A program made the translations under genes and the position numbers. Below are positions 1 to 8,982 of a DNA stretch of 61,531 nt, in pieces. Each line of letters begins with the position of its first letter. Position 1 is the first letter of the stretch. Source of the stretch: a virus (taxonomy: Duplodnaviria; Caudoviricetes); the IMG/VR virus record IMGVR_UViG_3300049157_000049, positions 1 to 61,531 of that record; one strand, 5' to 3'. The notes beneath the pieces were generated by a model. It was not told the DNA's origin and did not search any database. It saw only the letters and a list, made by a program, of their open reading frames with translations.

Positions 1-12
1 TCTGACTCCGGT
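1..12. repeat. 12-bp terminal direct repeat TCTGACTCCGGT (copy at 61520-61531); circular junction overlap
   Basis: First and last 12 nt are identical; merging them completes the portal reading frame (...DQPESDD*). Confidence 0.9.
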
Positions 13-1514
13 TGATCGGTGTCATCTTCGGATTCATCACTGTTGTCAGATGACACGCTCGGCCCGTTATCAGATTGATTCAGCCGGTCCGGTGTCAGCG
101 CCGCGAGTAGCTCAGACAGAGATCGGTAGGCAACCATCATCCCTTGCTGTTCGACGACGTAGACGTCACCGTCCGGGTCTTCTTCAAACCCTTGCAACCG
201 CCGCCATTCGTTGACGGTGAGCGTGAACGGCCGGGCTTCAGCCGCCGCCGTCTCCGCTTCACGGTCCGCAGGGATCGGCGAGTCGTAATCGAGCAGGAAG
301 CGGTCGTCGAAGTGCGCGTCAATGACGGAGTGTTGGAGGTTTGACCGGTGCGATTCGAGCCGCGGGACGATGACATCTTTCGCGAAGATTCCATCGGCGG
401 CGTCTGCGGTCGCTCGATTGGAGTTCTCCACGATACCGAGCTTCTCGGGCGGGATGCCGATGACTTGAGCGAACGTGTCGCGGAGATCCTTGCCGAGATC
501 GGAGACGGACATTTCCCGGAGATCGGTGCTGCCGATTTGGTGCACCTTGATTTCCTTGTTGACGAAATGCATACGGAAAGCTTGTAAGAACCCTTGATGC
601 AAAGAGTTCCAGCCTAGTTTGTATTTTTTTAATGCACCACGGCTCGCTCCCGGAACCTCGACGATACCGTCGGGTCTCGCCTGGTTGAAGAAAAAGGACT
701 TGACGTATTTCGCGAGCGCTTCGGACGAATCGAGCTCGTCGGCGAGCGCTCCAACAACTCCGGATCCCCGCGTGTAGGGGTTGACGGGATCGACGTCTAC
801 GATCCAGATCATTTGGTTCGCGGGGATATCTACCGCCGACCCCCGAGCGGAAAACTGGACCGTGAAGAATGGGCGCTGGGGAGAGGCGATCTCCTGGATC
901 CAATGTGGCGGAAGCGGCCATAGCCCCGTAAGTTGCCCGTTGTCTAGTTGTTTGAAGATGGGACTCTCTCCGAGGATATCCACGTAGATCGTCATCAGCT
1001 TGAGGATGTTGTTGCCGCCGAGCAATGGGGACGGACGAGAAAGAATGTTGAAGACGGGGTGATCGACGATTTCAACCAGCTCACCGCGGTTGCGGAGTTG
1101 TTTGATCTCTTGATCTCGGTACCGCTGATCTACGTACTTGACCGCATCGAGCTGGCGCCAACGGCCCCCACCACGAAACGCGTCGTCCAGGGAGAGCGTC
1201 TTCCCGCGTTTAGCCCGCGCGTTGCTAGTACGGCGGGCAAATAACCGCCATCGCGTAGTGGACACCGCCCCCGCGATACGATGCTCGGCGGCGCGCAACC
1301 ACGGATGCGTGTTGTACGCATCGAGGAATTTCTGCGCGTTGCGTTTGGGGGGTGTGGAGCGGTTCAGAAGAGAGAATATCTCCGTCGCGATGGATTCGCC
1401 GGCGGGTGTCAGCTCGTCGACGGACTTTTCGACGGCGGCTATCTCTTGGGGTTGCGATTCCGCGAGCGCCGATACGCCATTTTGGAACCCGAGCCATTGC
1501 GCAAAGCGTCCCAT
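1..1514 (-). CDS. Phage portal protein (HK97-like), ~506 aa; crosses the junction and ends at TAA 61513-61515; absent from supplied ORF track
   Basis: Manual translation from ATG 1514: MGRFAQWLGF...YNTHPWLRAAEHRIAGAVS...FFFNQARPDGIV...IGIPPEKLGIVENSNRATA...TVNEWRRLQGFEEDPDGD. These are portal-type motifs, and the gene lies directly upstream of the prohead protease on the circle. Confidence 0.9.
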   Translation of the reverse strand, partial: MGRFAQWLGFQNGVSALAESQPQEIAAVEKSVDELTPAGESIATEIFSLLNRSTPPKRNAQKFLDAYNTHPWLRAAEHRIAGAVSTTRWRLFARRTSNARAKRGKTLSLDDAFRGGGRWRQLDAVKYVDQRYRDQEIKQLRNRGELVEIVDHPVFNILSRPSPLLGGNNILKLMTIYVDILGESPIFKQLDNGQLTGLWPLPPHWIQEIASPQRPFFTVQFSARGSAVDIPANQMIWIVDVDPVNPYTRGSGVVGALADELDSSEALAKYVKSFFFNQARPDGIVEVPGASRGALKKYKLGWNSLHQGFLQAFRMHFVNKEIKVHQIGSTDLREMSVSDLGKDLRDTFAQVIGIPPEKLGIVENSNRATADAADGIFAKDVIVPRLESHRSNLQHSVIDAHFDDRFLLDYDSPIPADREAETAAAEARPFTLTVNEWRRLQGFEEDPDGDVYVVEQQGMMVAYRSLSELLAALTPDRLNQSDNGPSVSSDNSDESEDDTDQPES

Positions 1515-1553
1515 GCGAGAATGGTAGCATGTGCGCGGCCAAAACAGCCAGCG

Positions 1554-1793
1554 TCAAAAACTACGCTGGCGAGGGGCGGTGACGATCTGCGACTCACACG
1601 TGCTGCAACCGTATGTACGCGTGTTGTTTACATCGTCGAAACAGATCAATTTCACAGACCGATTGGTTTGGCAGCCGGGGCACTTTGGTCGTCGACCGCC
1701 GAGACGGCCGTTGATTTTGCTGGTGCCGGGTTTGGGGGATTTTCCCCCCTTTGCCCCAATGGTTGAGAGGTACTCTTTCACTGCGCTATCCAT
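1554..1793 (-). CDS. Small Zn-ribbon protein with basic N-terminus
   Basis: GGAGG RBS; CPGC...CSTC motifs; IGAKGGKS segment. Confidence 0.6.
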   Translation of the reverse strand: MDSAVKEYLSTIGAKGGKSPKPGTSKINGRLGGRRPKCPGCQTNRSVKLICFDDVNNTRTYGCSTCESQIVTAPRQRSF

Positions 1794-1826
1794 TCCTCCA
1801 AGTCTAGCAGATCAAAGCGGCTTAGG

Positions 1827-2039
1827 CTAGTTCATCCGCCCGGGGAGATTGGCGAAGCGCCGGCGAGCACAGGAGTCGCATAGCGCGTGCGAGGGCCGCC
1901 GCGCAAGATCCTTGACGAATTGCGCCAGCATGCGGCGGGGGTCACAATCCATGCAGACGCGAACGGTGCCCCCCTCAGGAGATTGACGGACGATTGCCGT
2001 CCAATCGCTGACTGTAAGTCCTTTAGTCAGAATACCCAT
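1827..2039 (-). CDS. Hypothetical protein (CxxC...CxxC)
   Basis: ATG start with GGTGG upstream; same strand as neighbours. Confidence 0.5.
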   Translation of the reverse strand: MGILTKGLTVSDWTAIVRQSPEGGTVRVCMDCDPRRMLAQFVKDLARRPSHALCDSCARRRFANLPGRMN

Positions 2040-2147
2040 TCATCCACCCCAATGCTTCAGCGTAGTGGACTTCAGTGCCCCACTTACGCAGAATGGCTAT
2101 CGCGGCCGGTACGAGCAGCCTGTAAACGACAAAGCGCTTCAAAGCCC

Positions 2148-2468
2148 TCATGAGCGCCGTGATATTTCGAGCGACGCGCGGAGAACCGCTTCGAGCCCGA
2201 GTTGTTTCTGGTCGCGCGCGATCTGATGGCCAAGCGCATCAAGGCGCTCGAGCCGAGCTCGGTAATGGCGGCGCCGGGTAGGACGGAGGGAGCTCTCTGC
2301 CTTTTTACACGTTGTGCGTCCGCGATTGTCGGCGGGATGCCGCGTGGGGTGGCGATGGCACGTCACGCAGGATTGGCATAGCTCCCGGTGACACGTGGTG
2401 CACACGCCGAGATTGAGGTTTTCAGTCCGTGGCTCCGTCCTACCCGTGTTTTTCATGCCGCCCTCCAT
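2148..2468 (-). CDS. Hypothetical Cys/His-rich protein
   Basis: Follows promoter 2475-2503; CTTCH and CVTCH motifs. Confidence 0.55.
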   Translation of the reverse strand: MEGGMKNTGRTEPRTENLNLGVCTTCHRELCQSCVTCHRHPTRHPADNRGRTTCKKAESSLRPTRRRHYRARLERLDALGHQIARDQKQLGLEAVLRASLEISRRS

Positions 2469-2474
2469 ATGATT

Positions 2475-2503
2475 ATGGTAACCTAAGCAGCTTAGATTGT
2501 CAA
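2475..2503 (-). promoter_or_regulatory. Sigma70-like promoter TTGACA-N17-TACCAT with palindromic operator in the spacer
   Basis: Minus strand reads TTGACA atctaagctgcttaggt TACCAT, with a T-tract upstream. Confidence 0.7.
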
Positions 2504-2519
2504 GAAAAAAAAATGATCA

Positions 2520-2661
2520 GAGGGGGCTGGCCCTTACACCACAGCACCCTAAAGGGCGCTCCCGGTGGGGCAAAACCGGACCTTCGGGTTGCCAAACCCG
2601 ACGTGCGTACGGGATTGCAGCCCCGTGCCCTAGGCCCTCCGCTGCAACGGAGTGCCCCCTC
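2520..2661 (-). ncRNA. Candidate multi-stem structured RNA (unassigned)
   Basis: 8-bp closing stem GAGGGGGC/GCCCCCTC encloses five hairpins; intergenic; followed by a T-tract on the minus strand. Confidence 0.4.
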
Positions 2662-2672
2662 CTCCCCAAGAA

Positions 2673-2915
2673 TCAGAACGTGAACCGTTTCGGCGCGGTC
2701 TGCCCGGGATTCAAGAACTGCGCCTTGACCTCATCAAGCGCGTTATGCAGCGCGCCGAACATAGATTCGATTTGCTCTTCTGTGTACGCGTACACCGCCG
2801 CCCGGGAGAGATTCCCCAGCTTGTGGATCTGAAGGATGAGGTTGTTCACGCGCGGATCCCCTACACGTATAAACTTTTCCTCTTTTGTTTCTTTCACTTT
2901 ACCCCCTCCGTACAA
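2673..2915 (-). CDS. Conserved small helical hypothetical protein
   Basis: ETKEEKFIR...RVNN...IHKLGNLS...YAYTEEQIESMF resembles a small protein family I recognise from bacteria and phages. Confidence 0.65.
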   Translation of the reverse strand: MYGGGKVKETKEEKFIRVGDPRVNNLILQIHKLGNLSRAAVYAYTEEQIESMFGALHNALDEVKAQFLNPGQTAPKRFTF

Positions 2916-3027
2916 GTCTATAATACCACGGCGGCCGGATCAATATGATTGCAACCCCAGTCAAGCATAATTACCTGACTGGGTTCGCTGCCGGGAGTGG
3001 GGAATCACGTTTGAAGGACCGACAGCG

Positions 3028-3648
3028 TCAAAAATTGCGGCTCATCCCGTAAGGCTCACCCCAACGGTTGGCGAGAAGTTGCGGCTCGGTGCGATTACCG
3101 ATTTCGAAAACCTGAGTCCCCGTGCCGTTGGCCCGTCCGATCACATAATGCAGGATAGGCAACGCCCAACGCTCCCCGGCGGTGAAATCTATCCCCGTCA
3201 GGAACACCCGCTGATAGCCCCACGCGACTGCGGTAGCGACGAGCCACGAGATGGAATTGTCGAAAACCTCTGCGCGGATATCAACGGATTTCGCGATCTC
3301 TTTGAATGGGAATTTCTGCAATACGTACTCTCCGGGCGGTTGGATGCCCTCGGGCGGACTCTGTCGCCAATCCTCGATCGCATGTTGCGGTAGGTAAAGC
3401 GCTCGCGTGTACCCCGCCAGCCAGTACATATAGTCGATTCCATGGGCTGCAACCATATGGTCAATGGAGTGGAGCTGAAACCAGGATGTAGAGACGTTTG
3501 CCCAGAGTTGTTGTTTTCGTTGGTCATTGATGCCCCAGATCGCCGCGAACCGGTCGCGAAGATTTTTTGTGTCAAGCGTGGACTCCGCACACCCTTTAAT
3601 AAGCACTGCGGAAGATGGAGATTCGATGTATTTTGTCACGATTTCCAT
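3028..3648 (-). CDS. Putative glycosyltransferase-like protein; paralog of 57800-58627
   Basis: Motifs shared with 57800-58627: VLIKG..S, IWGIN, WFQLH, FP, FDNSISWLVA, VFLTGIDF, ANGTG. Confidence 0.55.
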   Translation of the reverse strand: MEIVTKYIESPSSAVLIKGCAESTLDTKNLRDRFAAIWGINDQRKQQLWANVSTSWFQLHSIDHMVAAHGIDYMYWLAGYTRALYLPQHAIEDWRQSPPEGIQPPGEYVLQKFPFKEIAKSVDIRAEVFDNSISWLVATAVAWGYQRVFLTGIDFTAGERWALPILHYVIGRANGTGTQVFEIGNRTEPQLLANRWGEPYGMSRNF

Positions 3649-3962
3649 CCTGACTTTGGTATGTTATTGTCCTCAGCTTGATGTAGTATGAACGCCTTTA
3701 ACGATGATAGCTCCCGGATGAAAGCGTCATTTCTTTGCTCGGATCGGCCGTACGATTCGTGAGCTATTTGGATAACCCCCTTGATAGCTTCAATTCCATG
3801 TTTTAGGTCGTTAGCCATGCGATGGAGTTTAATCATCACGCCGCCGACACCCCCAACAATGAGCAGATAAAACGTCAAGTGCGCCCAGTAACCCGATGCC
3901 GCAAGATGCACCATCGATATTAGCACGACAACGACAATAATCAGCGTTTTCGCAGTTTGCAT
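3636..3962 (-). CDS. Membrane protein (2 predicted TM helices plus helical tail)
   Basis: Hydrophobic segments LIIVVVVLISMV and LTFYLLIVGGVGGV. Confidence 0.65.
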   Translation of the reverse strand: MQTAKTLIIVVVVLISMVHLAASGYWAHLTFYLLIVGGVGGVMIKLHRMANDLKHGIEAIKGVIQIAHESYGRSEQRNDAFIRELSSLKAFILHQAEDNNIPKSGWKS

Positions 3963-4086
3963 TTTGTCCCTTTGTTTTAAGGCGGGCCACCGTCCTTATG
4001 GCCCGCCCTGATCGATTGAGTTTGACGGTTTACCTTCTGTCCTGAATTCTCAAGGATCGCCTCATACCTCGCTATTGGACGTGGGT

Positions 4087-4470
4087 TTAGCAGGTATGCC
4101 CGACACATTTCCATCTGGCATCCCGCGTCATATGGAGCATAGCGTGCATCGCTTCATGCTCCAACACTTGGGGCATTGTGACATTATAGTGAATCTCCCC
4201 GTGGCGGTAGCACCCATTGGCGGACACCCCGCCGCAGTCAAACGACCCCGGATGTGAGTAGAACCGGAATGAGCTCGCGGGGATGTGGTACGTCGACACG
4301 CCGTAATCAGCGTCGAGACGGCGCTGTGCTGACTCCCAAAATCCGGGGAGCGTTTCGATCTGGCTGGCAACCACAGGCGCCGCGTCAAAACTCGCAGAGA
4401 TGGGCGATTTTCCGCACCCGATAAGTGCTACAACCAAAAGGCTAATCGTTGCCGCCATCAGCGACTTCAT
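4087..4470 (-). CDS. Lipoprotein with HExxH zinc-metallopeptidase motif
   Basis: AGGAG RBS; signal peptide with LIGC lipobox; VLEHEAMHAMLH. Confidence 0.65.
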   Translation of the reverse strand: MKSLMAATISLLVVALIGCGKSPISASFDAAPVVASQIETLPGFWESAQRRLDADYGVSTYHIPASSFRFYSHPGSFDCGGVSANGCYRHGEIHYNVTMPQVLEHEAMHAMLHMTRDARWKCVGHTC

Positions 4471-4810
4471 TTGCGGTCTCCTTTTCGTTTCCCTCATCCT
4501 GATTCCCAGTATAGCCTAAGCCGCTTGGGTTGTCAAGTACCTTTTGGAGGGGGTGCCGCATCCGCGCATGGTAGTACCAGGTTTCGAGCGCCGCTTGCTG
4601 CTCCTCGATCTTTTCGTTTTGCTCCCGAAGGGCGTTTATGCGACGATTAAGCTGATCCGTAAGTTGAATCGCAAAGGATTCGCAAGATTCAACTTGCTTG
4701 GTTTTTGATGAAATGACTTTCGTATCCATCAACAAAAAGCCCAACAGCAAACCGATCACGAGAAGCTCAACGACTGCTACCAGCTTTAAGTTTGTGATTT
4801 GTCCCATCAT
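4442..4810 (-). CDS. N-terminally membrane-anchored coiled-coil protein
   Basis: TM segment LVAVVELLVIGLLLGFLL followed by heptad-like LNRRINALREQNEKIEEQQ. Confidence 0.55.
   Translation of the reverse strand: MMGQITNLKLVAVVELLVIGLLLGFLLMDTKVISSKTKQVESCESFAIQLTDQLNRRINALREQNEKIEEQQAALETWYYHARMRHPLQKVLDNPSGLGYTGNQDEGNEKETANEVADGGND
4508..4536 (-). promoter_or_regulatory. Sigma70-like promoter TTGACA-N17-TATACT with operator palindrome
   Basis: Minus strand reads TTGACA acccaagcggcttaggc TATACT. Confidence 0.75.
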
Positions 4811-4846
4811 TGCCCCTTGTACCCCCGAAGGGGCGTTAGGATCACC

Positions 4847-6235
4847 ATGAAAGAGATCCAACGTAAGATGCTAGACCATTTTCGGGTGACCATACTCGAG
4901 AACAAGTATATCCCAGTCAAGCCGTTTTCTAAACAGGCACAGTTTATTATGTCTCCTCAGCGCGAAGGGCTATACGGTGGTGCCGCATTTGGGGGTAAAT
5001 CGGTATGCTTGGCGATGTGCGCATTACAATATGTCGATGTGCCTGGATATAACGCTGTGTTATTTCGTAGAACTAATCCCCAATTGACACGCGCTGATGG
5101 GCTAGTGCCGCTTTTGGAGAGTTGGCTATTGGATTCGGATGCGCGGTATAACAAAACTCAACGTCTGTGGACTTTTCCATCCACTGCGACATTACGGCTA
5201 GACCAATTGCAGCATGACCATACGGTGCATGAACATCAGGGTGCACAGTACCAATTTATTGGGTTCGATGAGCTAACGCATTTTTACGAATCACAATACA
5301 GATATATGATGTCTCGGCTCCGCAAGCCAAAAGAGATGAACGTCCCTTTGCGCACTCGCAGCACCGCTAACCCTGGTGGACTAGGCCATAACTGGGTGTA
5401 TGACCGTTTTGTGAATCCTGAAACTGCGAAGGATCCAGAACGCAAAAAGCGCGTATTCGTACCCGCTCGTGTGGAGGATAACGTTGCGGCGGATGTTGAT
5501 GAATACGATAAGACACTACAGAACCTTACAAAAATTGACTACACGCGACTGCGTCACGGAGACTGGACGTCACAAAAGCCCGGAGAGATTATCACCATAG
5601 AGATGATCCAAGAGAATTTGATAAACCCCTCTGACATTCCTAAGAGCATTCGCCTGATTAGGTACTGGGATTTAGCGAGCTCGGCTATAACGGAGAGCAA
5701 CCGTGACCCGGATTGGACGGCGGGCGCCTTAGTGGGTGAATCGGAACGGATGTTTTATGTGGTGAATGTTAAAAGGTTTCGTGAGGAGCCCTATAAAAGA
5801 GATTTAAGGATTCGAGGGACGGCACGCACGGACGGCAAAGATATTACAGTTTGGTTCCAGCGGGACCCGGGTCAAGCTGGTAAAAGTCAGATCTTTACGT
5901 TCCAGCGTGATGTGCTGCCTGAGTTTTTGGTCGAAGGGGACCCAAAGCGTACGTCGAAGGTTATCGATTGGGAGTTCATCGCGCAGAAGCTCGAAGCGGG
6001 ACTTGTCAAGATCGTGAAAGGGCCTTGGAATATGGAAATGGAAACCGAGTTTTGCGAGCTGACGAGAGACGACCAGCACGCGCATGACGACATGGCCGAT
6101 GCCGTGAGTGGAGCTTTACGCGTGCTGGCCGAAAGTGAAGCGGCTTACGTGAGTTTTGAGCCTCCCTCGGGGTCTCTCGATGACGACGAAAGGGAAGAAG
6201 AAGGGGACGATAGCGTCGAATTCGCTTTCGTCTGA
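4847..6235 (+). CDS. terL: Terminase large subunit
   Basis: Walker A GGAAFGGKS, Walker B FIGFDE, TANPGG, nuclease motifs RYWDLA...DPDWTAG and HDDMADA. Start is probably ATG 4847 (track gives 4799). Confidence 0.95.
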   Translation: MKEIQRKMLDHFRVTILENKYIPVKPFSKQAQFIMSPQREGLYGGAAFGGKSVCLAMCALQYVDVPGYNAVLFRRTNPQLTRADGLVPLLESWLLDSDARYNKTQRLWTFPSTATLRLDQLQHDHTVHEHQGAQYQFIGFDELTHFYESQYRYMMSRLRKPKEMNVPLRTRSTANPGGLGHNWVYDRFVNPETAKDPERKKRVFVPARVEDNVAADVDEYDKTLQNLTKIDYTRLRHGDWTSQKPGEIITIEMIQENLINPSDIPKSIRLIRYWDLASSAITESNRDPDWTAGALVGESERMFYVVNVKRFREEPYKRDLRIRGTARTDGKDITVWFQRDPGQAGKSQIFTFQRDVLPEFLVEGDPKRTSKVIDWEFIAQKLEAGLVKIVKGPWNMEMETEFCELTRDDQHAHDDMADAVSGALRVLAESEAAYVSFEPPSGSLDDDEREEEGDDSVEFAFV

Positions 6236-6326
6236 CGCCCTCCTGTGTTGTTTACGCCGTCATACGATCGTAGGACAGCTATGACGAGCGCCGCCCATAC
6301 CAGCATGATGAATCCCGCGACGTAGA

Positions 6327-6767
6327 TCATTGGCGCAAATGGTAATGTGCGAGGAACGCGTAGGCGCCAATGCCTAAGACGCGGACATACCAAGCCTGTG
6401 TAGGATTGGTCTTGTACATTTGATCCGATACCATCACTACACCCGCCGCCCCGACAGCAGACGCGGTCACCCGACCCATAAACCCCTCAACATCCGGGGA
6501 AAACGCTGGGTCTTTCCGCGCGCGAACAGCCTCTGCGGCAATGCTGGCTCCTGACGATGCGTAAGTAAGGTATCCAAAGACGCGAAACCACTTCCCTTGC
6601 TGGTGTGATTCGTGCTCCGATTCGACGACGTCGAGCGGGGATTGCAGCGTAGGGTAGTACGAAAACGCTTCCGTCGAGTGGGGAGACGGTAGCGCCGTAA
6701 TCCCCTCACCAAATAGAGGCGCAGCGGCAAACAGAGCGATGATCAATGTTGCGATGAGTTTTCTCAT
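6327..6767 (-). CDS. Exported/membrane protein
   Basis: GGAG RBS; signal peptide MRKLIATLIIALFAAAPLFG; hydrophobic C-terminal helices. Confidence 0.65.
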   Translation of the reverse strand: MRKLIATLIIALFAAAPLFGEGITALPSPHSTEAFSYYPTLQSPLDVVESEHESHQQGKWFRVFGYLTYASSGASIAAEAVRARKDPAFSPDVEGFMGRVTASAVGAAGVVMVSDQMYKTNPTQAWYVRVLGIGAYAFLAHYHLRQ

Positions 6768-6779
6768 AGATGTATCTCC

Positions 6780-7091
6780 CTAGTCATCTTTGTGTATAAC
6801 ATCCACTAGCACATCCCCGTGACATGTTAGCGGTGTACACCAGCATCCAAGTGTTTTGCCCCGAAGTTGCTTCTTTGCGGCGCGGATTAGGTCCGGTTGC
6901 ATGTTAAGCCACATGCGATATTTGTGTATGACCTTTCGTCGATCGCCGTGGATACCGATCACGAAAGGATTGCCCCATTTGGACGGTCGTCCAATGTAAA
7001 CATCGAATTTTGCCTTTTTGCAGTGGACAACCCGGGTTTTACCGGGTCTCTTTCCATGCGGCAGGGTCATAGGACCGGTTCTCCCCCACAA
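6780..7091 (-). CDS. DUF4326 family protein
   Basis: VYIGRPSKWGNPF...LRGKTLGCWCxPxxCHGDVL signature. Confidence 0.9.
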   Translation of the reverse strand: MWGRTGPMTLPHGKRPGKTRVVHCKKAKFDVYIGRPSKWGNPFVIGIHGDRRKVIHKYRMWLNMQPDLIRAAKKQLRGKTLGCWCTPLTCHGDVLVDVIHKDD

Positions 7092-7144
7092 AAATCTGGT
7101 AGGCGTAACATAGTATCCAGAGTAGCGGATATAAGATTACGTAC

Positions 7145-8482
7145 CTACACAGGACTTTTGAAAAATTTGTCAGCAAACTCCTTAGACCGCATGAGAGCGT
7201 CACGGAGACGAGCCTCTGACATGTGCCCTGACTTGAGACGTTCATTGTAGTGTTTTAGTCCTTCGATGTCGGCGTCCCGTTGGAGGATATCCCGGTAGGC
7301 AGCTGTGATGATATGCCCATACGGAAAATAAGGGATCTCGGGGTCCGGACTAGGGTCCGGTCCGGGAGACGGTTGTGCGCCACTCAGGTACTGCTCGATC
7401 TTGTTTAGCTCGCGATCCGGGTCCGAAGCCATACCCTCAAAATCGTGCATACAAAACGAGATTCCGTTTTCGAGAGTTTGTTCCATGAAGTCGATGTACT
7501 TTTGTACCTCGGTAGTCGTTGACGCCGGCCGAAACATCTCTTTTCCAGGCGGGAACGCTTTGCCAGGATCAGGTCCGGGCAGGGAGCGGGATTCCCACGC
7601 GGTGAGATCCATGTAATGCATCGATTCCGAGTAATAACGGATTTCGGTCTCCGGGCCGAGGTTGGTGCGCTCCCACCACCTGCCGTTGCGGGTCGGGTGG
7701 ATTACCCAGATATCGGCGCCGTCCGGCCGGCCCACCGTGTACTCTACGGTGTTTCGGCCCCCGTGATCCGCCATAACGAGCCCCTCCGGCCACTGCTCGG
7801 GCTTGCCGTTTTTCACTCGGCGGTGACGCACGAACTGCATGTTGAGCTCATCGAGCACCGCTTGCCGGGCCTGTTGCTGGGATTTCCCCGCAGCGCGCTC
7901 TTGCTTGAATCCATTCTGGTGCGCATCCCATTCGTTAATGAGCGAGTGGAAGAGGTTGTTCCCGCCGCGTTCCTGCTCGATCTCGCGCATCAAACGGGCT
8001 GTCTGCCGCGCGCAGTGGCCGATGACTTCGTACGGCACGCCGTCCGTGTGCTTCAGCGTCGCGTTGGTGACATACTCCGCGACGAGCCCGAATTCTTGGA
8101 GGATATCGACGAGAGCGGTGATCATTTGCCGGTTGAGCGGCGTGACTTCGCGGGGCCGATGACCCCGCTTGAGCGCGTTGATGTCCCAGACACCGTTGTT
8201 CCAGGGATACTGCCCGAAAAAGGGGTGATCGCCCGGGCGCTGCTCGTGGAGATCCCCCCAGTCCGCCGTTTCGCCGAAAACTCGCATCCCGTGGAATCCG
8301 AGGTCTTTGACGCGTTTCGCCCAGCGGCGCGCCTTGTCGAGCGGGTTGCCGCCGCGAGGGGAACCGCTCAAATGCTGGTTGAGCCACGCCATAAATTTGA
8401 ACGAGCTCCGCATACGGAGAACGGTCGGCCGGCCGTTGAGAGCAAAGAGGTTATCTTCCCGTCTGACTGAGATTTTTTCCAT
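7145..8482 (-). CDS. Putative glycoside-hydrolase-like TIM-barrel protein with Pro-rich linker and C-terminal DUF4214-like domain (possible lysin)
   Basis: LGFHGMRVF, INEWD (clan GH-A-like NE), YYSES; linker PSPGPDPSPDPE; AYRDILQRDADIEGLKHY...LMRSKEF. Confidence 0.55.
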   Translation of the reverse strand: MEKISVRREDNLFALNGRPTVLRMRSSFKFMAWLNQHLSGSPRGGNPLDKARRWAKRVKDLGFHGMRVFGETADWGDLHEQRPGDHPFFGQYPWNNGVWDINALKRGHRPREVTPLNRQMITALVDILQEFGLVAEYVTNATLKHTDGVPYEVIGHCARQTARLMREIEQERGGNNLFHSLINEWDAHQNGFKQERAAGKSQQQARQAVLDELNMQFVRHRRVKNGKPEQWPEGLVMADHGGRNTVEYTVGRPDGADIWVIHPTRNGRWWERTNLGPETEIRYYSESMHYMDLTAWESRSLPGPDPGKAFPPGKEMFRPASTTTEVQKYIDFMEQTLENGISFCMHDFEGMASDPDRELNKIEQYLSGAQPSPGPDPSPDPEIPYFPYGHIITAAYRDILQRDADIEGLKHYNERLKSGHMSEARLRDALMRSKEFADKFFKSPV

Positions 8483-8492
8483 GATTTTGCCC

Positions 8493-8726
8493 CTAGTCTT
8501 TCATGTGCATCCGTGCGGCGGCCGCGCGGGATTCCCGTGCTTTCCATGACGCGAACAGCGTACCGACAAGAACGATCGCGGATTCGATGACAGGCCGGAG
8601 CTCCCCGAGGAACTCGTTCGCACCTACCGGTACGTCGACGAAAAACGACAAGACGAGCAGAATGAAGCCCGTCACAGTGGCCCATTTCACTTTGCTGGAT
8701 ATGAGAGTCATTAGAGGTTGTCTCAT
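8493..8726 (-). CDS. Holin-like small 2-TM protein
   Basis: AAGGAG RBS before ATG 8726; two hydrophobic helices and a basic C-terminus; directly upstream of the GH-like gene. Confidence 0.5.
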   Translation of the reverse strand: MRQPLMTLISSKVKWATVTGFILLVLSFFVDVPVGANEFLGELRPVIESAIVLVGTLFASWKARESRAAAARMHMKD

Positions 8727-8751
8727 GATGTGTCTCCTTGATGTAATATGA

Positions 8752-8976
8752 CTACTTTGACAGTTTCTTGCGGCCAGGCTTTGGCGGATGGCGCTCCCGA
8801 CGATGCTTAAGAACTTCAACCTCCTCACGATCCAGCAACATGTTGCCGGAGATTGTGATGTATTCCAGCGTCCCGGCCATGCAGTACGACCGGACGGAGG
8901 ATACGGACACGCCAAGAATCTTAGCTGCGTCGGTCACCGACAGCAGATTTTCTTGAAGATGCGCCATATTCAGCAT
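8752..8976 (-). CDS. HTH_17/excisionase-like DNA-binding protein
   Basis: LLSVTDAAKILGVSVSSVRSYCMAGTL; KPGRKK tail. Confidence 0.8.
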   Translation of the reverse strand: MLNMAHLQENLLSVTDAAKILGVSVSSVRSYCMAGTLEYITISGNMLLDREEVEVLKHRRERHPPKPGRKKLSK

Positions 8977-8982
8977 GTATCG

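Noticed and set aside
137-1830. Track ORFs in the first 1.8 kb (e.g. 319-921, 1138-1527, 1281-1766)
   Set aside because: Shadows of the portal frame and of 1554-1793; no recognisable motifs.
2520-2661. tRNA or tmRNA
   Set aside because: No T-loop TTCRA or D-loop consensus and no acceptor CCA geometry; kept only as an unassigned ncRNA candidate.
4087-4810. i-spanin/o-spanin pair
   Set aside because: The topology fits loosely, but the lipoprotein has an HExxH motif and its own promoter, and no lysin is adjacent; not supportable.
8752-8976. Excisionase implying a temperate lifestyle
   Set aside because: The HTH_17 fold is common in regulators; no integrase, ParA or CI-like repressor was found.
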